Shown here in pieces: positions 51,992 through 63,220 of a DNA stretch of 64,000 nt. Where the stretch lies: the IMG/VR virus record IMGVR_UViG_3300009082_000959; one strand, 5' to 3'. The translations under genes and the position numbers were made by a program. Below the pieces are notes generated by a model, which was given only the letters and a program-made list of their open reading frames with translations, did not search any database and was not told the origin of the DNA. The stretch's first letter is position 1; every line of letters begins with the position of its first letter. This DNA comes from a virus. Taxonomy: Duplodnaviria; Caudoviricetes.

Positions 51992-52913
51992 TGATAATAC
52001 TTATGCCGAAATTTTAAACAAAATAAAAGACGACATATATTTGTTTGATGGGTTTTGTAAAAAAGTCCCACCAAGTAATCCAGAACAAGAAAAAATTTAT
52101 TCTGATATAAATTGTGCAATACAAGAATCTGAAACGGACAAAAGAATTAACAAACTGCTAAATAATAAAAGCAAATTTTATAAGTTCGGCAATGATTTGA
52201 GTAAGATTATATCTTCCAAAAGAATGCACATAGGCAGTAAAACTATGAATCATGTGATAAAGTTTTTTATTAATAATGGGCATAGGTTTTATCCGTATGC
52301 TTCAAGGGAGTTAATAAAAGAAATATCACCAGATATTACTGACGAAGACACAGCAATAAAAATTTTGACGGCGCACAGCGGACATCTGGATAATAAATCA
52401 TGCGAGTTATTGTTAAATAAAATTAATTTAGGAACAGATAATCCTAATCTCGCAAGTGTATCTAAACTTAAAGTTTTTGCCGGAATAAAGGTTGCTCGCG
52501 CAGATTTAAGTATTCCAGAAGAAAAGATAAAGGTATTGAATATCATAGCACAAAGGCCAACACTCATAAAATATTTAAAGAGCCAGGTTAATTTTACTTT
52601 TGAGGAATTGAAAACTTTGCCACCCGTAAGAAGGTTTAATTTTTTGGAAGCAATGTTTTCAGGAATGCCAAGACACAGTCGTTTTAGGACTGGAACACTT
52701 AAAAGAGTAAATGCTATTACGTCGTATGTAAATGGTTACTGGGGAAATTTTAGAATGGACATAATACCAGAAGAACAAATGAATGAGTTATTGTTTTCAG
52801 TTGTAATACAAAAAAATAATAGGGTTGTAGATTTGTTTGAGAATTATAAGGAATTTTTAGGCTTTGTTCAAGCGCATAAATCACATTTTAATGGAATTTT
52901 AACTATAAAGTGA
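51984..52913 (+). CDS. ~300-aa helical protein, family member 5 of 5
   Basis: VNFTFEELKTLPPVRRFNFLEAM...EEQMNELLFSVVIQKN. Confidence 0.6.
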   Translation: MIDDNTYAEILNKIKDDIYLFDGFCKKVPPSNPEQEKIYSDINCAIQESETDKRINKLLNNKSKFYKFGNDLSKIISSKRMHIGSKTMNHVIKFFINNGHRFYPYASRELIKEISPDITDEDTAIKILTAHSGHLDNKSCELLLNKINLGTDNPNLASVSKLKVFAGIKVARADLSIPEEKIKVLNIIAQRPTLIKYLKSQVNFTFEELKTLPPVRRFNFLEAMFSGMPRHSRFRTGTLKRVNAITSYVNGYWGNFRMDIIPEEQMNELLFSVVIQKNNRVVDLFENYKEFLGFVQAHKSHFNGILTIK

Positions 52914-52978
52914 GTCCAAGTAAATACTAAAATTTATTTAGTTTATTAGGAAACATTAACAGAAAAGTGAGGTAAAAT

Positions 52979-53296
52979 ATGGAAAAGTTTAATAAGGGTG
53001 ATAAAATAATGTTCGAAGGTCATACACTATACTATATGGATAGTTTCACAGATAACGATGGCCAAAATATACTGACTTGCGGCGGTCTTGGCGGGTTTCC
53101 AATTTATGTCCCAGAAGAAATGGCTACAAGAATAGAGTCGAGTTTTGAGGAGAAAGCTTTGGCAATTCTCGCTGATATTTCTTTGTCTATAAAAGATTTG
53201 AATGAAAACTTTGAAGGTATTTTGGGCGCCGGGCAAGAAAATGTATGCCACTGTGGTGACGAAGACGACGAGGATATTCCAGAAGACCTAAATTAA
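52979..53296 (+). CDS. hypothetical protein, acidic tail
   Basis: SD GAGG. Confidence 0.55.
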   Translation: MEKFNKGDKIMFEGHTLYYMDSFTDNDGQNILTCGGLGGFPIYVPEEMATRIESSFEEKALAILADISLSIKDLNENFEGILGAGQENVCHCGDEDDEDIPEDLN

Positions 53297-53311
53297 TTTG
53301 CGGAGTAAAGT

Positions 53312-53830
53312 ATGGTAAAAATTCAACCAAAATTTAAAGTCGGAGACACAGTGTTCGCCACTAAAATTGATGAAGAAGTTAGTGTTATTGCCGTTAATGT
53401 TAATGAAGAAAACATAAATTATACTCTATCAAGACAATATGTAATGCCCGAAATTTACTTAGAAAAATCAAGAGAGAGCGCTTCATATAAAAACAGCATC
53501 GACTGTCTGATAGAGAAAAATAATATATGTTTTAATAATATAGAACAGGCGGAAAACGAAATTAAACGTCAAGAAGAAATATTAGAAAAATGTTCAGCAA
53601 AGTTAAACAATAAACGAGAATCTGTAAAACCCAGAAATATAATTGATGATTGGAGGGTAATCAGTTATATTAATGATTTATATCTCGAAATCTCCCAAGC
53701 AAAACATTATATTAAAAGAGGCAAAGCTCGCATTAAAAGTTTAAAAAATAATTTAAAAACAAACAATGAAAAAATAAAAGAACTAAAAAAAGAAATGTTG
53801 GTGTTAGAATTGTCAGGAATAATGAAATAA
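53312..53830 (+). CDS. hypothetical protein (SH3-like N-terminus, coiled coil; ends MLVLELSGIMK)
   Basis: PKFKVGDTV start motif. Confidence 0.55.
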   Translation: MVKIQPKFKVGDTVFATKIDEEVSVIAVNVNEENINYTLSRQYVMPEIYLEKSRESASYKNSIDCLIEKNNICFNNIEQAENEIKRQEEILEKCSAKLNNKRESVKPRNIIDDWRVISYINDLYLEISQAKHYIKRGKARIKSLKNNLKTNNEKIKELKKEMLVLELSGIMK

Positions 53831-53867
53831 AAGAATATCTGATTACGAAATTGTCTGGGATTGAAAA

Positions 53868-54071
53868 ATGATGAATAAAAGTGATACTGACCAAATTTAT
53901 GTTTCTGTGTTGAAATTTAATAGGTCAATTTGCCACGAAGGCGAACTGATTAAATTATTACTTCCAAATACCCCAGTGATTGTAAAGTTTATAAAAATAA
54001 CCGGCGGCCAAACTGCGTGGCTTCTTGATCGTCACGATAGAGACATATACAACTTTTACGGAGAACAATAA
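53868..54071 (+). CDS. mini-gene family member (dispersed)
   Basis: TDQIYVSVLKFNRSI motif. Confidence 0.55.
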   Translation: MMNKSDTDQIYVSVLKFNRSICHEGELIKLLLPNTPVIVKFIKITGGQTAWLLDRHDRDIYNFYGEQ

Positions 54072-54340
54072 TGATAAAACACACAATAGCCGGACTTAAA
54101 AAAGATATCTGTGAAAAATTTATTATAGAAGATGATGACATTACTTTTCATAATGGTGATTTTATAATAACATTTTCTCTTAAATATTTGGCAGAAGCGG
54201 CAGGTAAGTTTTTTGAAAGAGACATTTGGCATCACAAACAATCCAAATATCAAAAAGAACACTGGGAACTAAAAATTCCGGTAGAGAGGATGCGTTTGAA
54301 AAACTACTCAATTTGTGATAGGAGCCTGAATGAAATATAA
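54071..54340 (+). CDS. hypothetical protein
   Basis: TAATG-coupled. Confidence 0.5.
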   Translation: MIKHTIAGLKKDICEKFIIEDDDITFHNGDFIITFSLKYLAEAAGKFFERDIWHHKQSKYQKEHWELKIPVERMRLKNYSICDRSLNEI

Positions 54341-54650
54341 TTATAATTTGGTTGAAATGACTCCGGAAATATATAAAGAAATAGACTACCGAATACGTGA
54401 CGCAGAATATAAAGAGTATAATTATAATATTGAAAGTAACACAATTACCATAGAAATATGGAATGAATCGCATCATAATGGTAATATATATGACGATTAT
54501 AGATACGACATATTGGTTCCATGGTGGTTTAATGATGCAATTTTTAATATGCTGCGTAACACAGCAGAAAATAATTTAACTCAAATAAACAAAAACATTA
54601 AAAATGTGTTCTACGCTTTATTAGACACAAACAAAAAACTTGGAGTTTAA
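54330..54650 (+). CDS. hypothetical protein
   Basis: 106 aa. Confidence 0.5.
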   Translation: MKYNYNLVEMTPEIYKEIDYRIRDAEYKEYNYNIESNTITIEIWNESHHNGNIYDDYRYDILVPWWFNDAIFNMLRNTAENNLTQINKNIKNVFYALLDTNKKLGV

Positions 54651-54651
54651 A

Positions 54652-54903
54652 ATGAAAAACGAAGAAATGGAAACAATGTATGTGGAGTGCATGTGTGAAG
54701 ACCAATCACACACTTTAAGGTTTTCACAAATAGGTGAAGATGTTTGTGTATCAATGCACCTAACTATGTTTGGATTTTGCGTCCGACTTTGGAATGCTCT
54801 GAAATATATCTTTGGCCATCGATCGAAGTTTGGTGATTTCGAGGAAACCATTTTGGAAAGAAAAGATATAAAAAAGATAGTTGGGTTTCTGAAAAATGTC
54901 TGA
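54652..54903 (+). CDS. hypothetical phage protein
   Basis: ECMC...H.LRF...RLWNALKYIFG..SKFGDF.E. Confidence 0.6.
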   Translation: MKNEEMETMYVECMCEDQSHTLRFSQIGEDVCVSMHLTMFGFCVRLWNALKYIFGHRSKFGDFEETILERKDIKKIVGFLKNV

Positions 54904-57900
54904 ATATATGCAAGATTTTTATAAATCTGTTTTTAAATACGGGACGAAAATTATAAAAAAATACGAATTATGTAGTAATAATTTGTCCATTGATTTAAAA
55001 AACAAGGGTGGGTATTCCGGGATTAGATATTATTTTTATTGCAGGATAAATAAATATGATATTGACTGACGAAGAAAGAATATTGTATATTAAAAGAATA
55101 TATATTTATCTTTTAAAAAAAAAGGAGTGATAGCAAAAAGCCATACACGTGATGCTTTTTATCATAGCGTAGTTACGATTGGTGTTCCGGGAGACATATT
55201 TTGTGCAGACAATTATTTATCTGAATGTAGGTGATTTGTGCAATACGGAATGATGAATGTTTATATTATGTATTTCAAACGCAAACATAGTATTTATGCC
55301 GGCGGTAAAATTAAAGAATTTAATAATATATATTTGCGTGTAGATTTTATAATTAATGGGTATGTTAGGGGCTACACTATACTGCAAAAATAATGTTGGA
55401 GTAAGTTATGCGCGAATCTATGAAAATGGTTTATGTTAAATTTCTAAAACACAAACAAATAATATACAAATATGAAATTTATCAATATTTTGGCAAAGAA
55501 TTTGTAGCGATAGAGTTTAATGGTTTTGGCGTTTGGCCTTACCGAGTTTCAATAGAGGTAATATAGGTGGCAGACTATGCAGCAACATATGAAAATAGTT
55601 TATATTAGATTTATGAAAAAACAACAACAAATATGTGCATATAAAATTAGACTCAATTATCTGACGGTAGATTTTAATATATTCGAAAGTATTTGGCATT
55701 ATTATATCAATTTTTAAGAAAGTTAAATCATGCAATACGAAATGATGCAAATATATACTAAAATTTTAAAACATGGTCGTAAAATTGATTCTTATAGTAT
55801 GTTGTTTGATTCTACTTGTTTAGAGGTTAATATTTTTCCTTCCACTTATTTTATATAATATCGGAGTAGTTTATGTGTGGTCTTATGAGGATAGCGTATA
55901 TATGTGTTTTAAAAAAGAATTGTGATATTTGTATATCCGATCGCATTCCAACTACATCTGGGTATGATAAAATTAAATCAAAACCACCATCGAACGACAT
56001 CTGCTTTTATATTTCGGATAAATTTTAATCATGCAATATGAAATGATTGACCTTTATATTGAAATCCTAAAATATGGTTCCAAAATTAATAAATATTATA
56101 TGGTTGGTAATGATTATTTGGGTTTAGATATTTATATTTTCCATTTTTATATTAAACAGAAAGAACAACAATGACTGATGCGATGAAGAAATTTTATATT
56201 TATGCTTTAAAATATGGATACGGGATTTACATAAATGAGTGGCGGTCAATTAGCCTCGGCGGCGATAGAATTTGTATTGAGCTTTATCCTCCCACGAAAA
56301 ATTCTTAATTTTGTTTTAAGGTAAAATAATGGACTGTATGATGCAAGTATTTTATATTAGTATATTAAAACAAAAATATATACCAGAAATAACAGAAAAG
56401 TTAATAACTTCTGATGGCCGTCATAGGGTTTTTATTAGATTAAAAGGCGTAGATTATTCTGAATTCTTTTTTACAAGCGAGTTTTGATTATGCAACAATC
56501 TATGGTAAATTTATATATTGATGTATTAAAATATAATTACCACATTGTGGGAGCATTTTCAGCAGAATATTATAATTTATATTTCACATTGCGTGAAGAC
56601 TACACACATTATTTTTTTATAGAGAAAACGTGAACACTCACTCAATATACATTGACTTTTTCAAAAACAAATTCCCAATTGTTTGGTATCACGTTTTTGA
56701 GAGCGGCGGAACTTGGTGGGTTGAAATCGAAACAGAATGGAATAAATATTTTATACGACAAGGCAAACAATGAGTATTCCAAATAGTATGCAGTCAATAT
56801 ATATTCAAATTTTAAAATATAAATGGTCAATAACAAAGTCTTATCCAGTAGTGAGATTTTGTGGCATTGATAGTGTGGCCATAGAAATAAATTGCCTGCC
56901 TTATATACTGGTGCAAAGGGCGCAAAATGACAGAATGTGGCATTAATTCTCTATATATTAGTTTATTTAAAAACAAACACACAATAAAAGATTATCGAAT
57001 ATTTAACCTTAATGGTTTTTCATTTATTATCATCTACACAAATGAAAACTTCAACAATAAATATTATGTTCTTTCAGGAGTCTAAATGTATAATTATATT
57101 GCACCAAATGGTTTTTGCAAAAATGCAATTTTTGGCATATATATTCAAATTTTCAAAAACAACTGGTCCGGCAGAGTGGTTGGAAGAGTAAATGAAAAAT
57201 TATGCACAAGTATAACAATAGAATTAACAGACCCAAAAAATAAATATAATTGTGAAACAATTTATAAAGAATTATTTGCCGGAGATTTACGGACACGATA
57301 ACAAAATGACAGAAAATATAAGACAAATTTATAGGCAAGTTTTTAGGAACAAATGCACCTTGTGGCAAAAAACAGACACTGAAATAATAGTGATGCATAA
57401 CACTTTACAATTATATAGACTTTATGTTTGTGAGGAGCCGGTGCCAGGAATTTATTTTTTCTAATGAGGTAAAAATGGATTGGAAAATAGCAAACATTTA
57501 TCGCGGTGTTTTTAAGTTTGGCGAAAAAATCGAAGTTATAAAAGCAAACAAAAACTTTTTAATGGCCAGCACGACAGATTGTGATGGTTATAAGACTTTA
57601 TATTATTTATATAGTCTTGAAAGCAAATAGGTAGAGGTATGACAATGCTACCATATCGAACAATTTATCGCAGAGTTTTAAAATATAACTATACTATGAC
57701 ACAAAGAAATATAAATAATTATGGGATACATAGTGAAATTTCTTTTTGGTTGGGGCAAACACTAGCAAGCTCATTTATTGTTTATGGTAATGGAGTTTAT
57801 TCTTGGAGAACTTAATGGCAATTCCAATAGCGTGTGAAATGACATATATAAAAGTTTTAAAATACGGCTACACGATGGAACAAACGAAAAAATGCTCACC

Positions 57901-60758
57901 GAAGCCAGAAACAGCGTAGAAAAAGCAAAGAGAAATTTTTTGATTATGAAATTAGCGGGGTTAAGTCGCAACACCTAAAATGTTGCGTGGATTGAAACAA
58001 ACAGAATTCTATGGCCCTCACTTTATTTGGACTGGAAACCGATGCAAGTAGAAATGAAATATTTATACATAAACATACTTAAATATAACAACAAAATATA
58101 TAAAATGAAGCTCTCCAATTACTGGCTAATATTACAAGCAAACGATGAAGCACAAAATTATCATAAAGTTTATATTATATACGACAAGGAAATAAATGAC
58201 TAATGGCATGAAAGATTTATATATCTATGTATTTAAAGAAAATTGCAAAATATATAAACCATTTTATTGGGGTGACTACCTTGTGATTAATTGTAAATCA
58301 TCATTTAGTGATCCTGTCTTTGATTGCTGGATTAAAACATGCAAGTAGATATGCAAAATGTTTATATAGATTTCTTTAAGCATAATTACACAATAAAACA
58401 AACATCACATTATAGTAAGTGGTGGAAACTTGTTATTAGAAATAGTAAGGGAACTTATTATTATAACTATTATTATCGAGTGAAACATAAATGACAGAAG
58501 AAATGCAAAGTTTATATACAAAGATAATTAAGTATAATTACAAAATATATGAGGTAGGATATTTGGACGCTTGGTGTATATTATATGTTAAAAGTAAAAG
58601 TGCTAATGGGTTTTACACACAAAATTGTTTTATTGAATGGAAACATGAATGACTACTGGTATGAAAGACATTTATAGATATTTCTATAAGCATAATTATA
58701 CAATAGAAAAAATTCCAACCCATTTAGGCAATACATTAGAGCTTCGCATAAAAGATAAGAACGATTTATCTTGCTCTTATTTTTTCTTTTATGGTGGAAG
58801 ATAAATGATTAAAGATATGCAAAATGTTTATATAAATTTCTTTAAGTATAATCACACAATAAAACAATATGGTAATTGGTGGCAACTTGTTATTGGAAAT
58901 AGTAGTGGAGGCTATTATTACAACTATTGTTGTCGGGTGGAAAAGTAAATGACTAATGGCATGAAAGACATTTATATCTATGTATTTAAGTTTGGTTTCA
59001 AAATATATCAAAATCACACTTACCGCGATTTTTGCGAGTTTTATGTGGTTGGCCCTCTTGAAACTTTGCGTCTTTGTGTAATTGATTAGTGGAGAAATAT
59101 TATGATACCGAGTGCAATGAAATTTGTATATATAAAATCATTTAAGGGTGGTGATAAAATTCATGCATATCACAATCATCACGAACTTGGTTTTCTTGAA
59201 ATTTGTTTTAAGCATTGGTTTGTTGGCAGTATAATAAGGCGTTTTATTCACTATGGAAAACGAAAATGCAAGTAGCAATGAAAGACATTTATATAAGTGT
59301 ATTTAAATACAATCATAAAATATATGATTATTATCCCTATGATGATTTATGCGTAATCTATATTAAAGATAAATACAACATTTTTACGGGGAGATATAAT
59401 GTCAGACATGCAATATGATATGAAAAAACTTTATATATCTATTCTTAAGCATAAAGCGCCCATACGCTCATGCACTAGACATACCAGTGGATTTTATGTG
59501 ATTAAGGCATATGTTAAAACAATTTATGTAGAAAAATTAAAGAGATACTATATTTTTAGATTACCGACGAGCAAAAAATGAAAGAGCACATAAGAGAAAT
59601 TTATATAAGTTTGCTCAAACGTAACTACACAGTATATGCATGTTTTAGGTCACCTGATGATTACGAATATATAATCGATCTTCGAGTAAGCTATTATTTT
59701 GCTTTCGATAGACATTTTCTTCGGCCACGGGAGTTGGAATGCAAAGAGATATGATAAAATTGTATGTTGATTTTTTTAAGTATAATGTTGCAATATATAA
59801 GATGGAAACGCCAGAATATTTGGAAGATACAGTTATGGTGTTTTGTGTGTCAAAATCTAATCTTTATTATTTTAATTATTGCACTATTAGAAAGTAATAT
59901 ATGATGCCACTTAATATAAAAAGCATTTATTTGAAATATTTTAAATTTAACCTTCCGATATTATCATTTTCTGAATCTGGATATGATGAGGGTGGATACA
60001 TAATTGATATTAAATCAACTCTTCCTACATATTTGGAGAGATATATTCTACTGCCAACATTATCTCGCCACACACTTGTTCGATTATAATATTTGGTGCC
60101 AAATGTCTTATGAAATAGCAACAATATATACCGAATTATTTAAGCACAAGGGAAGAATAATTGGTTTTAATCACTTAAACACTTACTATGACATAACAAT
60201 AAGTTTGTATGGTTCCTATGACGCGCATCACTTATATATTACTTAAAGGGAAAAATATGCCAGATAAAATTAGACATCTTTATATGTGTATGTTTGTTTG
60301 GGGCTGGACTATAAATAAAATAATTGAAAGAAATAACCATTATAGTATAGAAATTTTTTCTGATTCAATGAAGTATAAATATAATTATAGATTGGAAAAA
60401 TAATGATATTGCCATATAAAATTAATAATATTTATGTATTATTGTTTAAGCGTAATTGGATTGTGAATGAAGTAATTGAGAGAGATGAATGTTATGATAT
60501 TTATATATCTGCTTCACCTCGCATAATCAGCGCATGGAATTTATATAGATTGGACAAACAATGACTTGGGCAATGAACAGAATTTATTTTAGGTTGCTAA
60601 AACATAAAAATACAGTTGTTTCAGTAGATAAGCAAAATGAAATAAATGCATATGTTGTAAAATTACGCGACCAAACATCCCAGTGTGTTTATACTTACGT
60701 TCTTTATGACGATAATTCACCAGCAATAGTATTTAATAAAGGATCAAATAATGATTGA
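54896..60758 (+). other. mini-gene array C: ~36 head-to-tail ORFs (mostly 42-71 aa)
   Basis: Starts 54896, 55056, 55238, 55408, 55577, 55730, 55873, 56031, 56171, 56329, 56490, 56630, 56770, 56927, 57086, 57306, 57475, 57639, 57815, 58042, 58196, 58339, 58491, 58649, 58805, 58949, 59102, 59266, 59408, 59578, 59739, 59901, 60103, 60257, 60403, 60561. Confidence 0.88.
57965..57998 (+). CRISPR. second solitary type I-C-like CRISPR repeat unit
   Basis: GTCGCAACACCTAAAATGTTGCGTGGATTGAAAC; differs from the 33662 copy only in the loop. Confidence 0.75.
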
Positions 60759-61335
60759 TATAAACATTTACTCTTATGGTTCTCGTGTTTATGGAACGCA
60801 CACAGAAAATTCAGATTTTGATTATATAGTTGTTTCAGATACACAAATTCCCCACCAGCAAATAGACAAAGAAAATACAAACTATACGATTTATAGTATG
60901 GAGGAATTTTATAAGCAAATACGGGAATATGAAATATCAGCCTTGGAGTGTTTGTTTTTGCCAGCCAATCAAATAATTAAAAACTCTCAACCAATTCAAC
61001 CACCGTCCGACTTTGACTTGGGAAAACTTCGGTCTTCCATTTCCGCAAAGGCGTCTAATAGTTTCGTAAAGGCCAAGAAAAAGTTTATAGTTGAAAAAGA
61101 CCGTAATATTTATGTTGGTAAAAAGAGTTTGTTTCATTCTTTGCGAATTCCTATTTTTGGTTGTCAGTTGGCTACCAGCGGAAAAATCACAAATTATGCA
61201 GCAGCTAATCATTACTGGCCGGATATACTAAATAATCCCAGTGAGAATTGGGAGGATTACCACAAAATTTACAAACCCATTCACAATAAAGAAATGACAG
61301 AATTCCGGAAACACTGCCCAAAGGAAAACACATGA
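60751..61335 (+). CDS. Pol-beta-like nucleotidyltransferase
   Basis: YGSRVYGT...SDFDYIVV (GS...DxD). Confidence 0.75.
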   Translation: MIDINIYSYGSRVYGTHTENSDFDYIVVSDTQIPHQQIDKENTNYTIYSMEEFYKQIREYEISALECLFLPANQIIKNSQPIQPPSDFDLGKLRSSISAKASNSFVKAKKKFIVEKDRNIYVGKKSLFHSLRIPIFGCQLATSGKITNYAAANHYWPDILNNPSENWEDYHKIYKPIHNKEMTEFRKHCPKENT

Positions 61336-62012
61336 AAAAAGAATTAGAAGAAAAACTATTTAAAGACTTTCCGCTACTTTATGGCGATCGCAACAGACCA
61401 ATGACCGAAACTTGTATGTGCTGGGGGTGTTCGTGCGGCACAGGCTGGTTTGATTTGATTTATGAGTTGTCGTCTAAATTGGAACCACTCATTGAGGAAA
61501 TAAAATTAGCGAGCGATGGTGGTCCTTGTGAGCGCTGTGGGTGCTCAAAGGATAGTCACCACGGAGAATGTCAAACAATCGTAAATCATCCATTCTTACT
61601 GAAAGTTCCATATTCTTGTGAAGTTCCTAATTTAAGTGTTTCTCTTAAAAGAAATAAATCTTTTTTGAGGGGAATAAAAGATTATGTTCGTGTGTTGTGG
61701 AAAAAGCATAGAACATCAATGAGGAAAGCAATAAATCGTGTGTCGTATTTCCTTTTTAAGAAGTCAATTCTATCTTACAAAAAGAAATGTTTCTGTGATT
61801 GTTATAGCATTTCCCACCCACGCGCCTCGCAGGTAAAAGAAAAAATGGGTGAAATGAAAATGTATCTCACACACGGAACCGACGAAATGTTTGATTTAAT
61901 TGACAAAGCAACTGAAAAGTCTCTTACTATTTGTGAGAACTGCGGCCAACCAGGAAAGCCAAACGAATACGGTTGGATATCTGTTCTGTGCGAGGAATGT
62001 AGGAAAAAGTAA
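61332..62012 (+). CDS. hypothetical phage protein with Cys clusters
   Basis: C..GWFDLIYELS...QVKEKMG.MKMY...CENCG.PG. Confidence 0.65.
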   Translation: MKKELEEKLFKDFPLLYGDRNRPMTETCMCWGCSCGTGWFDLIYELSSKLEPLIEEIKLASDGGPCERCGCSKDSHHGECQTIVNHPFLLKVPYSCEVPNLSVSLKRNKSFLRGIKDYVRVLWKKHRTSMRKAINRVSYFLFKKSILSYKKKCFCDCYSISHPRASQVKEKMGEMKMYLTHGTDEMFDLIDKATEKSLTICENCGQPGKPNEYGWISVLCEECRKK

Positions 62013-62765
62013 ATGGATCGTAATATTAGTAGCCTATACATAAATATATTTAAAAATAACTGTAAAGTTTATGAGTTTGTAAATGAAAAAAACTTGTATA
62101 TTATTAGAGTGGAATTACGCGGTTGGTATAAGCCATGTTTTTTGTGGAAATAATATAGAAAGCGGTTGAAATGTATTACCTTATGAGTGTTGTATATATT
62201 AGTGCATTAAAAGATAAATGTAAGATTAATATTGCAGAAGATGAATTCTCATATATTGTTTGGGTTGTTCCAAAAATTGGGTATAGTGTTCCCTATTATC
62301 TAAAAAGGTAATTGAATGAGATACGAAGTGTTTTATATGTATTTTTGGTTGTTTAAACATAATCTTAAAGTTATTGAGTTTATAGAAGAGGAAAATGAAT
62401 ATATAATTTATCTTGAACCAGGTCGTAGCTTGCGTCCATATGTTTTTAAAAAATAGAAAGAGAATTATAATGATTTATGGTATGCGTTATATTTACAAGA
62501 AGTTCTTTAAATATAATTACAAAATTATAGGATTTGAGTATAAAAATGAAAAATTATTAATTTATGTTAATGATATGTTTCCACGTGCCATATGAAATTC
62601 TTTGTTAAGGCGCCGGGCATGAGTTATTATATGTGTAGTATTTATATACAGTTGCTTAAATATAAATACAAAATTATAAAATTTAAAGAAACAAACGATA
62701 AATTAATATTTTATTTTGATGATAATATTATCGACCTATCTTTTCCCTACGAGGTTAAAAAATGA
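62013..62765 (+). other. mini-gene array D: 5 ORFs
   Basis: Starts 62013, 62171, 62316, 62470, 62619; e.g. MDRNISSLYINIFKNNCKV, MIYGMRYIYKKFFKYNYKI. Confidence 0.82.
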
Positions 62766-63220
62766 ATATATTTGTTTTAGATTTAGAACCATCCAAAGCC
62801 GCTAAATTTCACGCAGACAAGCATGTAATAAAATTAATTCTGGAAACAGCGCAGCTGCTTTCTACGGCCGTTCGGTTAAGTGGTATTGATTTTGGATATC
62901 GCATTACACATCAAAATCATCCGTGTAGCCTTTGGACCAGAAAAACAAGAGCAAATTTTGAGTGGCTTAAAGAATTAGGTATCGCATTGTGCGAAGAATA
63001 TACTTATAGATATGGAAAAATTCACGCAAGCGAAAGTATTATTCGTGGAGCACCCAATCAAATAATTACCGCCGGCCCACTTACTCCTTTTGCACAAGCA
63101 ATGCCAGAAGAATATAAAAATAATGACCCAGTTGCGGCATACAGAAATTATTATTTAGCTGAAAAGAAAAACTTATTACACTACACAAAAAGGGAAAAAC
63201 CAGAATGGATAAAAATTTAG
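62762..63220 (+). CDS. denV: pyrimidine-dimer DNA glycosylase / endonuclease V-like
   Basis: MNIFVLD..P..AA..H.DKHVIKLILETAQLLST, THQNHPCSLW, FAQAMPEEYK..DPV.AYRNYY. Confidence 0.8.
   Translation: MNIFVLDLEPSKAAKFHADKHVIKLILETAQLLSTAVRLSGIDFGYRITHQNHPCSLWTRKTRANFEWLKELGIALCEEYTYRYGKIHASESIIRGAPNQIITAGPLTPFAQAMPEEYKNNDPVAAYRNYYLAEKKNLLHYTKREKPEWIKI

Noticed and set aside
58339-58948. Diversity-generating retroelement as the source of mini-gene or MORN variation
   Set aside because: No reverse transcriptase in the window. In the closest pair (58339 vs 58805) substitutions also hit G, C and T and include a 9-nt indel, so they are not adenine-restricted. No TR/VR pair was seen.
54896-60758. Stop-codon recoding turning the mini-ORFs into one long gene
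   Set aside because: Long genes (groEL, ligase, helicase) are intact under code 11 and end in TAA, TAG or TGA. Successive mini-ORFs are in different frames, each with its own start motif.
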